Shown here piece by piece: positions 11,390 through 21,180 of a stretch of 64,000 nt of DNA. The stretch comes from Rhodospirillales bacterium (GTDB taxonomy: Bacteria > Pseudomonadota > Alphaproteobacteria > Bin95): the NCBI GenBank assembly GCA_038143065.1, contig JAYQLI010000035.1, positions 2,560,894 through 2,624,893 on the forward strand. The letters run 5' to 3'. Within the stretch, counting starts at the first letter, position 1; each line of letters starts with the position of its first letter. The notes beneath the pieces were generated by a model. It worked only from the letters and a program-made list of their open reading frames with translations, was not told where the DNA came from and made no database searches. The position numbers were made by a program, and so were the translations under genes.

Positions 11390-13109
11390 ATGACCGTCGT
11401 GATCAGTTTACGTCTCTTCCTCACTATCGGTGTTGCCTTTTTCGTGACCGTTCTTGTTGCTGGTGTTGGTGGTCTAGGCATCTTCGGGTCGATTGAGAAC
11501 GCTCTGACGGTTAAGCGAGAGTTCCAGGCCTACCGTGCCGAGAACGTACGCATAACAGTGACCGACTATTTCGAACGTATCGAGGCCGAAACGAAAGTCA
11601 TCGGCAGTTTAATGTCCATGCAACCTGGGTTGGTCGATGACAACCTCCAGGTGAGTCTTCTATCCGCTCTTGTGAGCAATCTTGAAGGCGTCGAGGACGT
11701 CACCCTAGTTCGCCGAGATGGAACCAACGTAATGGTTTATCTCGAAGGCGAAGAGGTGGAATCAACCCTAAATGGGCCACTTGACCTTGAAAGCCTGGCC
11801 GTAATGCGCAGTGGCAAGCCAGGCGACGAAAGCGAGGGCTACGAGGATCTATATTTCGAGCCCAACGACCTGCGCGCGGTGACCAGCTACACGCTCCATC
11901 TTGAGGATAGTTCAGGTCGACAACTTGGAACCCTATTCATCGATATCGACATATTTACGCTGACCGATTCAGTCGCTCAGGATAGTCGGGCTGCTACGTC
12001 TTCTTGATGGACGAACGCGGTTTTATTATGGCTCACCCGGAACTGAACTCTGGAAACCTGGTTGAGTCCCTCGGCGCCTTACCTCATGTCAAGCACCTGC
12101 GGGACCCGGTGCCCAAAGCGGTGATCGACCAAATGCTGAAAACTGGCACCCCGCCGGAACGGGTCGATACCCCAGATGGAGCATTTCTAGTTACCGTTTC
12201 CTATCTGCCTGGCCTGGGCGATAGTAAATGGTTGGTAGGAAGTGCATCACGACCGCATCCTTGGTGACGCCTATGACCGGGCACAACTGATTGGTGCGGT
12301 TGGGCTTTTCGTTTTACTCGTCGCGGTCGTAATTTCACTATGGGTAGGCAGAAGGATCACCGAGCCAGTCCAGCGCCTCGCCTCGGCAGCTGACGCCATC
12401 CAGGCATTCCAGCTTGCTACCAGGCGGGCGGATTAGCCGCTTTACTGAGCTGAATACAGCCGAACGCGCTTTCCTCGCTATGCTGCGCGGCCTAAACGTA
12501 TTTTCACGGTATGTACCCAAGAGTTTGGTGCGTCGACTGATCCAGCTGGAGGACGAAAAGGACCGAGAAGTGACAATCCTTTTTACGGATATCGCCGGTT
12601 TCACAACGATCTCAACGGGTATGGCACCTGATGATCTAGCTAAAATGCTCAACGAGTATTTCACCATACTGGTAAATCCAGTACTGGCTGAGGAGGGTAC
12701 GGTCGACAAGTTTATCGGAGACGCCCTGATGGCTTTTTGAACGCGCCGGTCTCGCAGCCCGACCATGCCGACCGCGCGATCCGGGCAGCACTCGCCATTC
12801 GAGCTTCAACCGAGACTTTTAACCGTGAGCGCATTGCGGATAGGCGTCCATACTGGGGTCGTATTGGTCGGGGATATTGGCACTGAAGAGCGGCTCAATT
12901 ACACAATCGTGGGCGACCCCGTAAACACCGCTTCAAGGCTTGAAGCTCTCGGAAAAGAAGTTGGCAGCTACCTATGTATTTCTAATGAAACTCGGCAGTC
13001 TTGCAATGGGAATTACCTTTGGCGCCGCATTGGCGAGATAACCCTGCGCGGTCGCAGCGAAGAGACTGTGATCTTCACAATCGATGACGAGACCGAACAA
13101 GACACCTGA
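11390..13109 (+). CDS. membrane class III adenylate cyclase (TM, Cache-like sensor, TM, HAMP, cyclase), several frameshifts
   Basis: Five consecutive ORF pieces: [49 protein letters not shown], plus [16 protein letters not shown]. Confidence 0.85.
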
Positions 13110-13359
13110 CGGCGCAGGCAAGTCGATCAGGGTCTATATGGTTCTATGTCAACAGGGTAACGTTTTTTTGCATCGCGGACCAACATCTGCATTTGGTTCA
13201 AGTCGAGGCAATGAAACTGCGCCCAAAGGCCCACCTTTGCACTTGCGTTGGTGAGCCTCAAGTGGCTCAAAATAGATGTTTCATATTATTCTACAGTTCT
13301 CGTTTGTGGAGAATTGTAGTGCAATCCAGATGACTTTTGTGCATCTAAGGAGAAGACTG

Positions 13360-14720
13360 ATGCAGGACAAGAAGATCGACCGACGATTATTTTTGAAGGC
13401 ATCAGCGGCGCTGTTGGCAGCGGCAGCAGGACTCCCGGTCGGAGCTACCCAAGCCCAGGACTTAGAGGGTTATTCTGTTATCATTGTTGGCGCAGGCTTA
13501 TCGGGTTTGGCCGCCGCGCGGGAGTTGCGCGCTGCTGGGGCGAAGGTAATAGTGCTGGAGGCCAGAGATCATATAGGCGGCCGTCTGCTGACCGACTGGA
13601 CCCTGGGGGTTCCCTTTGAAGTTGGAGCTGGCTGGATTCACGGCTTCTCTGATGAAAATCCTGCCAAGCAACTGGCCGACGCAGTGGGAAGTAAATACAT
13701 CTTTACCAACGACGAGAGCCTTGTTGTCTATTCCGCCGAGGGCAAAAAGCTCGATGGGAACCAGATCGAAGAGATCAATAAGAATTGGGAATGGATTCTA
13801 AAGAACGTCGACAATGAGCTGGAGGTGAACGATCAACGGACCTTAAAACAGGCGATCGACTACCTATTCCCACGAAAGTTGCAATCTATTGAGGCACAGT
13901 GGGCACTTTCGGCCTATACCGAGTTTTCCCGTGGTGCTCCGATCGAAGACTTATCAGCAACGCTCCATGACGAGGACGAGATATTCGAAGGAGCCGAAGC
14001 GATCGCACTAAATGGCTATGATGCGCTGCTTAAGCCAATCGCCAACGGCCTAGATATCCGCCTGGGTGCAGAGGTCGATTATATAGGTTACGACGATACC
14101 GGGGTGGAGGTTGAAAGCAATGCAGGTACATTTGAAGCTGACTTCTGCGTTTGCAGCGTACCACTTGGCATACTGAAGGCGGGTAGTATCGAGTTTGATC
14201 CTGAACTACCTCCCAGCTATCAGAAGAAGATCAAGCAGTTGGGCTTTGGCAGCGTGACTAAGATAGCGTTGGAGTTCGAAAACCCGTTCTGGGATGTCGA
14301 AAAGCAGTATTTTGGTGTGATGACCGAGACTAAGGGGCGCTGGAATTACTGGTTTAACTACCGCACTTTCTCAGACGCCAACGTTTTATTAGGCCTCAGC
14401 GTTGGATCCTACGCGCCAATTGTCGATGCAATGTCGGACGAGCAAATGAAAGCCGATGCGTTGGACGTTTTGCGCGGTGTCTGGGGTGATGCAGTGGAAT
14501 GCTGGCGACCCATTGGTCCACTGATCCGCATACGTTGGGAGCCTACTCATATCCCCGCGCCGGCAATCGCAAGGATGATTTCGACGACTTGGCAAATGGA
14601 GTGGACGATGTGTTGTTCCTCTGTGGAGAGCACACAATTTTCGATTATGCCGGCACCATTCAAGGTGCTTACATGACCGGATTGCGTGCAGCTGAGCGGG
14701 TAATCGAAGAAGCTGCCTAA
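13360..14720 (+). CDS. Tat-exported flavin monoamine/polyamine oxidase family protein, frameshift near 14495
   Basis: AAGGAG RBS, DRRLFLK twin-arginine signal, GAGLSG...EARDHIGGR, GAGWIHG, and C-terminal GAYSY...GEHT...GTIQGAYMTG. Confidence 0.88.
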
Positions 14721-14800
14721 CCAAGATTTCTAATTCTTATCCATATTTGCGTTTCATCTAGAAGTGCCTTGCGCTAATCGCATTTTGTGCACTGGTTAAA

Positions 14801-14847
14801 TGCTATAATTTTGTGCACAGCAGCAAATTGTGCCGATAATTAGGTCA
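14801..14847. promoter_or_regulatory. putative tandem NtrC-type enhancer sites
   Basis: TGCTATAATTTTGTGCA (TGC-N11-GCA, 14801-14817) and TGCCGATAATTAGGTCA (14831-14847), 30 bp apart and about 100 bp upstream of a sigma54 motif. Confidence 0.5.
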
Positions 14848-14934
14848 ACGATATAATGATGAACAATAAATCCTCCGCTCAAAAATACATCTAACACATT
14901 ATTATTGTTATATTGTTCTTCTATCATCTAGATA

Positions 14935-14950
14935 TGGCATGAATATTGCT
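14935..14950 (+). promoter_or_regulatory. sigma54 (-24/-12) promoter upstream of porin
   Basis: TGGCATGAATATTGCT matches TGGCAC-N5-TTGCW with one mismatch. Confidence 0.65.
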
Positions 14951-15166
14951 TACGATGATTATAGGGGTTAATGGCAACCCTTAAAGTTTGATCTTGCAAG
15001 AATTGTACTAATATTGCATTACGTTATATTATTACATAACATTGAGATTATGCTTACGGAGGCGAGTATTTAAATGTTTGAACAAGAAATTCAGACGAAG
15101 GTACACGCCTCACTGAACTCTTGAGATTCTACAAGGTCTCAAAATCTTACATAGGAAATAAGGACT

Positions 15167-16202
15167 ATGAAAAAGACACTCCTTCGCACAACAAGCTTAG
15201 CGGCTTTAGCAATGGCGATATCTGCGACACCAGCCTCTGCAAAATTTGAGGTAGGTATTTCAGGCTATATGGAGCAATGGTTCGGATATTCTGACAACTC
15301 GAATTCAGCAAACGCCAACAGTGACGTTTTTGATGAAGTTTCCGACGTTTTATTCGCTGTGGAGTTTTATCAAGAATTTGAAAACGGAATAGAGGTCGGT
15401 GGTGCAATAGAGGTTCTTGGTGACCAAGGAGCCGCAGATCAAATCGACGGTCAATCTCTGTATATCGAGGGATCTTTTGGTCAATTAAATGTTGGCACCG
15501 GTGACGGGGCATCTGCTGCAATGCATCTTGGGGCAATTAGCAACGGTATAGGCTTAGATGACGGGGATGCTAGTGTTTGGATAGCTGGTGCGGATGAGGC
15601 TCTCAGCATTACTTCAGCTACATCAAATATAGATGGGGGTGCCAACAAGATTACCTATTATTCTCCGAGAATAAATGGGCTTCAAATAGGCGCGTCCTTT
15701 ATGCCTGACGCCGATGATGTGGACGCTGTCACGCCTGCTACGGCTGGACAAGAGGTAGATGCTCGTCGAGACAATTCGTACTCAATTGCCGCCCATTACG
15801 AGCGAACAATGGGCGATCTTACAATGTCGGGCAGCTTAGGTTTTATGGATGCAGGCGGTGGCGTTGCAGGCAATGAAACTGCTTTATCCGGCGGTATTCA
15901 CCTAGGATTTGGTGGCTTCATGGCATCTTTTGCATACGGCGAGCATGAAGACGACACGGCTGTGTCAGATAAAAACATCTTTGGAGTTAGTTTAGCATAT
16001 TCTGCCGAGGCCGCGGGTGTTTCCGTAGCATACGTCAGAGGTGAGGATAGTGATACTAACGATCAGCAGGATGCAATTGAAGTCGGAGCTTCCTATTCAA
16101 TTGGTCCTGGTGTTACCGCCTCATCGTCTTTGTATTATGTTGAACGAGTTACAGCCGGCAACACAGTAGCTGATGGAAGGCGGGCTGACCTTAACCTTCT
16201 GA
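15167..16202 (+). CDS. alphaproteobacterial general porin, indel near 16178
   Basis: Signal peptide, GSFGQLNVG and KITYYSPRINGLQIGASF. The beta-signal C-terminus GGLTLTF* is in a shifted frame ending at TGA 16200-16202. Confidence 0.85.
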
Positions 16203-16223
16203 TCCTTCAAGTTAGTCAAATCT

Positions 16224-16251
16224 AAGGGGTGGCTGCAAAGCTGCCTTTTTT
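16224..16251 (+). terminator. intrinsic terminator after porin
   Basis: GGTGGCT-GCAA-AGCTGCC stem-loop followed by a T run. Confidence 0.7.
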
Positions 16252-16356
16252 ATATGGCATCAATCATCACGCCGCATCTTCTTCTTAACGAACGCCTTAA
16301 CCAAACAACAATCGCGCTCAGAGTTAATATGCGCATGATGCGTATGAAGGTTTCGT

Positions 16357-16466
16357 AGAGCACTTACATACTTCAGTCGTGCTGTAGGTTACACGCAAAC
16401 TACATGCGCTTCATGCGCAAGTACGCACAAAGCCTCTTTCCAGGTCTCACATCGGATCAGACAACA
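16357..16466 (-). repeat. 110-bp inverted repeat, right copy
   Basis: AGAGCACTTAC...CGGATCAGACAACA, 109/110 identical to the reverse complement of 11219-11328. Confidence 0.95.
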
Positions 16467-16561
16467 GCAACAACAGCTGCCCCTTTAGTCCACCTTTTGA
16501 AATCTCGTGATTTCTGAGACCACCGGGGGCATCAATTGGTCAACATGGGACCCAATTCTCA

Positions 16562-16581
16562 GGCCACCACAGAGGCCACCA
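16562..16581 (+). promoter_or_regulatory. tandem GGCCACCA repeat, putative integrase arm-type site (right)
   Basis: GGCCACCA at 16562 and 16574, with the same 12-bp period and orientation as the left pair. Confidence 0.65.
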
Positions 16582-16614
16582 AATCTAGCGTAGACTTAGG
16601 GTTCGGCTAGCTGC

Positions 16615-16627
16615 TAACTTATTGATA
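16615..16627 (-). promoter_or_regulatory. IHF consensus site in the attR arm
   Basis: TATCAATAAGTTA matches WATCAANNNNTTR exactly; a one-mismatch copy lies at 10876-10888. Confidence 0.55.
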
Positions 16628-16675
16628 TCGTTAGAAGCATGGGACTACTTGGGTCTCTTGGGAGGAACCAGCGCT

Positions 16676-16689
16676 GCCCCTGGCACCAC
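16676..16689 (+). repeat. attR (duplicated tRNA-Phe 3' end)
   Basis: GCCCCTGGCACCAC versus GCCCCTGGGCACCAC at 10841-10855 (one G missing). Confidence 0.75.
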
Positions 16690-16816
16690 TTTCCCTAAGC
16701 AAATACCTCTTTTCTAGCTCAGATACTTTGCTTTAGGGTACCCGTCGGTGCTTGGTACTACGGACCCTTTTCTTGCACTTTTGTTTTCGAAAAATAAATC
16801 CGATTGGAGCTACAAA

Positions 16817-17078
16817 TTGGAAACTTACATAGTCTCTTTTGAAATCACCAAGCCTTATGATGACTGGCTTACTCATTTTGAGCAGAGCCGCCCAGGCCTA
16901 GAATCATCTAATATTGCGGTTTTGTTTCGTGGGCCGCGTAAGGATGATCCTTCTAAAGTGTGTAATCTTACAAGCACAGCAGGGCGAGGTGGACAAATTC
17001 ATGGAAGCAAATGCGCCCATGATTGCAGCTTCTGGCCACATTCTAGAGAGTACCGTTGTCGACGTGTACAAAGGTTAG
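16817..17078 (+). CDS. DUF3764-like small protein, frameshift near 16965
   Basis: GGAG RBS and TTG start: METYIVSFEITKPYDDWLTHF...LFRGPRKDDPSKV / LQAQQGEVDKFMEANAPMIAASGH. Family assigned from recalled motif similarity. Confidence 0.55.
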
Positions 17079-17189
17079 GGGCGGCCGGTGAAGGGCAAAT
17101 TTATAGAAAAAAGCATCGGACAGCCGAACAAACTTAAAACACCATCACCCGATGTGCATGGTTAACCTTTAAAATAGAAAGAAACAGAA

Positions 17190-17471
17190 ATGAAAAACTA
17201 TATGGTAACTCATACATTGAAGTCAGATGAAGCAATGGATGCTTATTACCAGGCTCTAGAAACAATGAGTGAGGACGACATTCGTGGAGCGATGAAGAAC
17301 GAGAGAGCCTCATTCCAAATGCAGTGGAATGCCGGAAAAGCAGATAGAGTTCTTTTCTGTTGGTGGAAGGCAGAGAGTCCAGAGGCAATAGTCGAGACAC
17401 TGGGTGATATGGCGCAATTATTCGACAACGACATCCGTGAAATGCCAAACGTCTTTGACTTTACAGACTGA
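17190..17471 (+). CDS. small hypothetical protein (possible DUF4242/SCO4226-like alpha+beta barrel)
   Basis: 93-aa intact ORF with YMVTH...FCWWKAESPEAI pattern. Confidence 0.55.
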   Translation: MKNYMVTHTLKSDEAMDAYYQALETMSEDDIRGAMKNERASFQMQWNAGKADRVLFCWWKAESPEAIVETLGDMAQLFDNDIREMPNVFDFTD

Positions 17472-17560
17472 CAAGAAAGCAGGCAAAACGTCTAAAGCCA
17501 ATACAAAATCAAGCCAGCACAAAAGCTGGGCACGCCGCACCAACTCTTCCTTCTAATACA

Positions 17561-17847
17561 ATGAAGTTTGGGCTGCCGCACCTTTTCATGGGGTGCGGCT
17601 TGGCTTTTAAATTTAATGGGTGGAAGCCAATCCAACTGTTGAAATGGAGATGCGCAGGCTGTTGCCAGCCAATGTTGAAACACTAACAACTCGCCTTGTC
17701 AGTCATTCAAAATCATCGGATGAGTGCCTTGTCGACTACCTCGAGGGATTGGCAGATAGTCTTCGTACATTTGATATTTTACCGCTTAAGGCCTTTGGCT
17801 TTGCCTGCACAGGTTACCGATCTCAGCTTCGGCGGCTAAGAGGTTGA
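17561..17847 (+). pseudogene. fragment of a maleate isomerase/Asp-Glu racemase family gene
   Basis: ANPTVEMEM...TTRL...FACTG resembles the family N-terminal half; the rest is missing. Confidence 0.5.
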
Positions 17848-17899
17848 CGGACAAAGTTTGTACAATCATGCAAGTATATTTTTGATAAATTCATAATCA

Positions 17900-18770
17900 C
17901 TAAGCCGGAAATTCGTTCAAATCCAGCGTAGTTACTCGGCGTAATTCACGTCGATATTTTTTATCATCAAATGCCGTTGCTCTGTGCATGGTGCAGCGAT
18001 TGTCCCAGATTACGAGGTCACCATCTTGCCATTTGTGGCGGTATACAAATTCTGGCTGAGTTGCGTGTTGTATCATTTCCCAGATCAATAACCGACCTTC
18101 TGGTAAACTCATTTCCATGACTTGCCCGGCGTGGGATGCAAGGTACAAAGACTTTCTCCTGCTCGTTTTAAATCCCTTACAAATGGATGGTAAGCACCTG
18201 AAGTCTTTGTCTTTCCTCCTCAGAAAAATCAAATCCTAGTGTTTGTCGTGAGTGAACTATCGAGTGATGACAAGTTAAATTTTCAAGATAAGCTTTCGTT
18301 GCATCATCCAAAGCATCGAATGCTGCCCTTTCGTCCGAAAAAAGGGTATCCGCATCTACAGGTGGGAGAGCACGCGCGTGCAGCATTGAATACCGGCCTG
18401 CGGGGTCCTGGAAAGACGCGTCGGTATGCCAGAGGCGATTGCCAAGGGAATAGAGGCGTGTCCGGTTTTCCGGTTCTAGCAAAGTACCATCAACGCGAAC
18501 ATTTTATATATATGCTATAGCTTCACTCTTTAATCGCGTCGTTACGAGCGCGGCTGCACCGGTTTTGGCGTGCAGCTTACCATCTAGTCTTTGGGCAAAT
18601 TCCATTTGCTCCGTATCAGTAAGGTTCTGACTCCGAAAAATAAGTACAGCGTACAGATCCATGCCTCTTCGAATTTCTGCGAGAACTGGCTCATCAAATG
18701 TCTCGCGGAGGGAAATTTCGCTTACTTCAGCAGCAAAGTTGTTGTGAAGAGGGTTGAATGAGAGCTGCAT
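17900..18770 (-). CDS. TauD/TfdA family Fe(II)/2-oxoglutarate dioxygenase, two frameshifts
   Basis: Three ORF pieces: VLIFRSQNL, WHTDASF (HxD), and HKWQDGDLVIWDNRCTMHRA...RELRR. Confidence 0.85.
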
Positions 18771-18983
18771 GACAACATTCTCCGATTACTTACTTTAGTT
18801 TTTTACGAGTTGTTTTTGCCACTCAAAACTTAAGCAGCATAATAGCGTGTCATGATTTGAAAAATCAAAACCCGCAATTTTCTTAGCGAAAGCACCTGAG
18901 TTCAAATAAGAGCTAAAAATCACAACACTCAAAATTGATGTTTATTTAAAAAAACCTCAATCGGACTGAAACACTAAGCTTAT

Positions 18984-19808
18984 TCAGTCAGCTAGCCGGA
19001 TTTCAACGCGCCGATTTTTCGGCTCTTTTACCCCATCAGGGGTTGCCACTGCTGGCTTGCTCTCACCAAAGGCATTGGAACTAATTTGTCCTCTGCTCAC
19101 ACCTTTTTGCTCCAATGCCTCCGCGACAGAATCAGTTCGGCGTGTAGAGAGAGTGAGGTTATATTTCTCTGATCCAGATCTATCGGCATGGCCAGTAAGT
19201 ATTACTTTACTGGAGTCCTTTGAGGCTGCGGAGGATGCTTCCTCGATCACAATCTGTGCGTCAGCTGTAACTTTCGAGCTGTCGAAATCAAAGTAGATTA
19301 TCCAAGGACCGCGAGATGTTTCTTCCGGTCTTTCAAGCAATTTTTTCATACCGTCCCAAAAGGTATCTTTACAACTTTGGATATCATCAGGTTGATGATT
19401 TTCTTCCGCTTCTTGCATCCAGCAGTCAAAACCAGCTTGCGCGGTTGCAGCTGCATCTGGCTTGCTTTCTTTCACGCCCTCATCAAAAGCTGCTAAAAGC
19501 ATGTTGCGGGCAGCAGTTAGTTCACCAAGGTGAGGTTGTACTAAATCTCTTTCGCTGAGAGGCTGAGGCTCAGGAGCATAATCACCGGCTGTAGCTAAAG
19601 CGCGATTCCCAAACCAATCGGCATCCTTCCAATCCATTTCGGCGGCCTCAGCTGCGGCAAGTTCTTTATATTTCTCGGTAAGATAATAGTTGAAAACCGA
19701 ACCTATTGAGGTGGCTGACATACCTTCTCTGTAAGATTGTGCGCATGCGCTTAAGGCAAAACCAAAGCAAATAGTGATTAGGAGTTTAGCTTTGCGAGAA
19801 AACATCAA
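18984..19808 (-). CDS. OmpA-family lipoprotein
   Basis: Lipobox LSAC and OmpA C-terminal domain (IYFDFDS, GHADRSG, YNLTLSTRR, NRRVEI). Confidence 0.9.
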   Translation of the reverse strand: MMFSRKAKLLITICFGFALSACAQSYREGMSATSIGSVFNYYLTEKYKELAAAEAAEMDWKDADWFGNRALATAGDYAPEPQPLSERDLVQPHLGELTAARNMLLAAFDEGVKESKPDAAATAQAGFDCWMQEAEENHQPDDIQSCKDTFWDGMKKLLERPEETSRGPWIIYFDFDSSKVTADAQIVIEEASSAASKDSSKVILTGHADRSGSEKYNLTLSTRRTDSVAEALEQKGVSRGQISSNAFGESKPAVATPDGVKEPKNRRVEIRLAD

Positions 19809-20085
19809 CGCTCACCTTTCAAGAGGTACAAAGAGCACAAACGGACTGTCATGCTTAGACTGGTTTAGACAGCAAAAATGTTAAGAGCTTGGCAAGAAAA
19901 AGTCTGAAATAGGTAATCTTCGTTAAGCTTTCCTAAAAATAATAGTCCTATGATTATGTGCTTGGAAGTGGGTAGACTGCTGAATGGGTGGAAAACTGGT
20001 GACTTTTTGTTCTCGAAGATTGAAGCGTTTTGTTTATTCAATGTGTTTTTAATTTTCTCAAAAAATTGCGTGTAGGAGGGGCTGG

Positions 20086-21096
20086 TTGTTTCCGTTTTAT
20101 GAATTGCGCCGGGCGGCCTGGAATTTGGCTAGTGGAAACGTCAATCCAGGCGAAGATGTGCTGATTGTTGCCAGTTCAGATCAGCCCCCAGAGTTAATAG
20201 ATGCAATTGTAACCGCGTGTGACTCCGCTGGTGCAGGTTCGACAACAGCGGCCGTCATAGCCTGTCCTGCACAAATGGATAACTATCTGCATCCTTCTCC
20301 TGTGGTTGCTGCAGTTAAGAGTGCAGACCTGACAGTAGTTGCAACTTCAATGCGTTTTCCTCGGGCCTATGATGATCTCTCCGAAGCATTGTTTTCTGCC
20401 AATAAGAGACAGGTTTTGATTAATAACGCACCGCTTGAGGATTTTTGTCGCGGTGCCTCTTTGGCAAATCCCGAGGAGCTTCTAGAAACTACCCGGGACT
20501 TAGCCTCCCGAGTTAGTCACGCCCAAAGGGTACGCGTCTTCTCTGATAATGGCACTGATTTGACTGTAGGCGTATGTAGACCCTGTTTGCCTCTCACTGG
20601 CTATGCAGAAAAGGATACTGGTTTTGGCTCTTTTCCAAGCGGAGAAGCGATGCTGTCACCGGAAGAGGGAACGGCAGAAGGTCTCTTTGTAGCTGATGCC
20701 TTTGGTCAAGTTGTTTATTTGACAGATCAAGGACCTCAATTAGGGCTACTGGAGGATCCAATTTATCTAACATTTAAAAAGGGTAGTCTCACTGATATTT
20801 CTGGAGGACGTGCAGCAGTAAGGCTGGAGAATATCTTAAATTGTGCCGATCAGAATTCTAGGCTGCTTGGGGAGCTTGGTCTTGGAACTAATCCGAATGC
20901 GCGAGCCATAGGGCATGTTGAGAACAAGTTTCGTCGGGGGACTGCACATATCGCTCTGGGCGATAACCACCTTATAGGTTGGCGTGCTTCAGCTACGTAT
21001 GGCGGTGTGATTCGAAGTAACCGCCATATTGATCTTGTTTCGGATGGTATTTCAATTGAAGTCGATGGTTCAATATTTAACTTTTCTTATCGCTAA
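20086..21096 (+). CDS. thermophilic metalloprotease M29/aminopeptidase-like protein
   Basis: NGTDLT, FPSGEA, GELGLGTNP, GTAHIALGDN and HIDLV. Confidence 0.7.
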   Translation: MFPFYELRRAAWNLASGNVNPGEDVLIVASSDQPPELIDAIVTACDSAGAGSTTAAVIACPAQMDNYLHPSPVVAAVKSADLTVVATSMRFPRAYDDLSEALFSANKRQVLINNAPLEDFCRGASLANPEELLETTRDLASRVSHAQRVRVFSDNGTDLTVGVCRPCLPLTGYAEKDTGFGSFPSGEAMLSPEEGTAEGLFVADAFGQVVYLTDQGPQLGLLEDPIYLTFKKGSLTDISGGRAAVRLENILNCADQNSRLLGELGLGTNPNARAIGHVENKFRRGTAHIALGDNHLIGWRASATYGGVIRSNRHIDLVSDGISIEVDGSIFNFSYR

Positions 21097-21180
21097 AACA
21101 CCTTTCAAACGATAGGCAAAGTTCCCATATCTGAAGCTTAAGAAGAAAAAGAATAAGATCCCTTCTACCAAGGTTAGTTA

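Noticed and set aside
13110-13270. Repeat or attC-like site between the cyclase and the oxidase
   Set aside because: Only weak, short palindromic resemblance; no convincing R/L boxes and no second copy.
16178-16225. Novel porin C-terminus (RRADLNLLILQVSQI) from the ORF track
   Set aside because: The normal GGLTLTF* ending is present in another frame, so this tail is an indel product.
11219-16466. Canonical IS or Tn7/Tn5053 transposon
   Set aside because: No transposase inside or beside the repeats and no target-site duplication. Kept only as an unexplained IR-bounded module.
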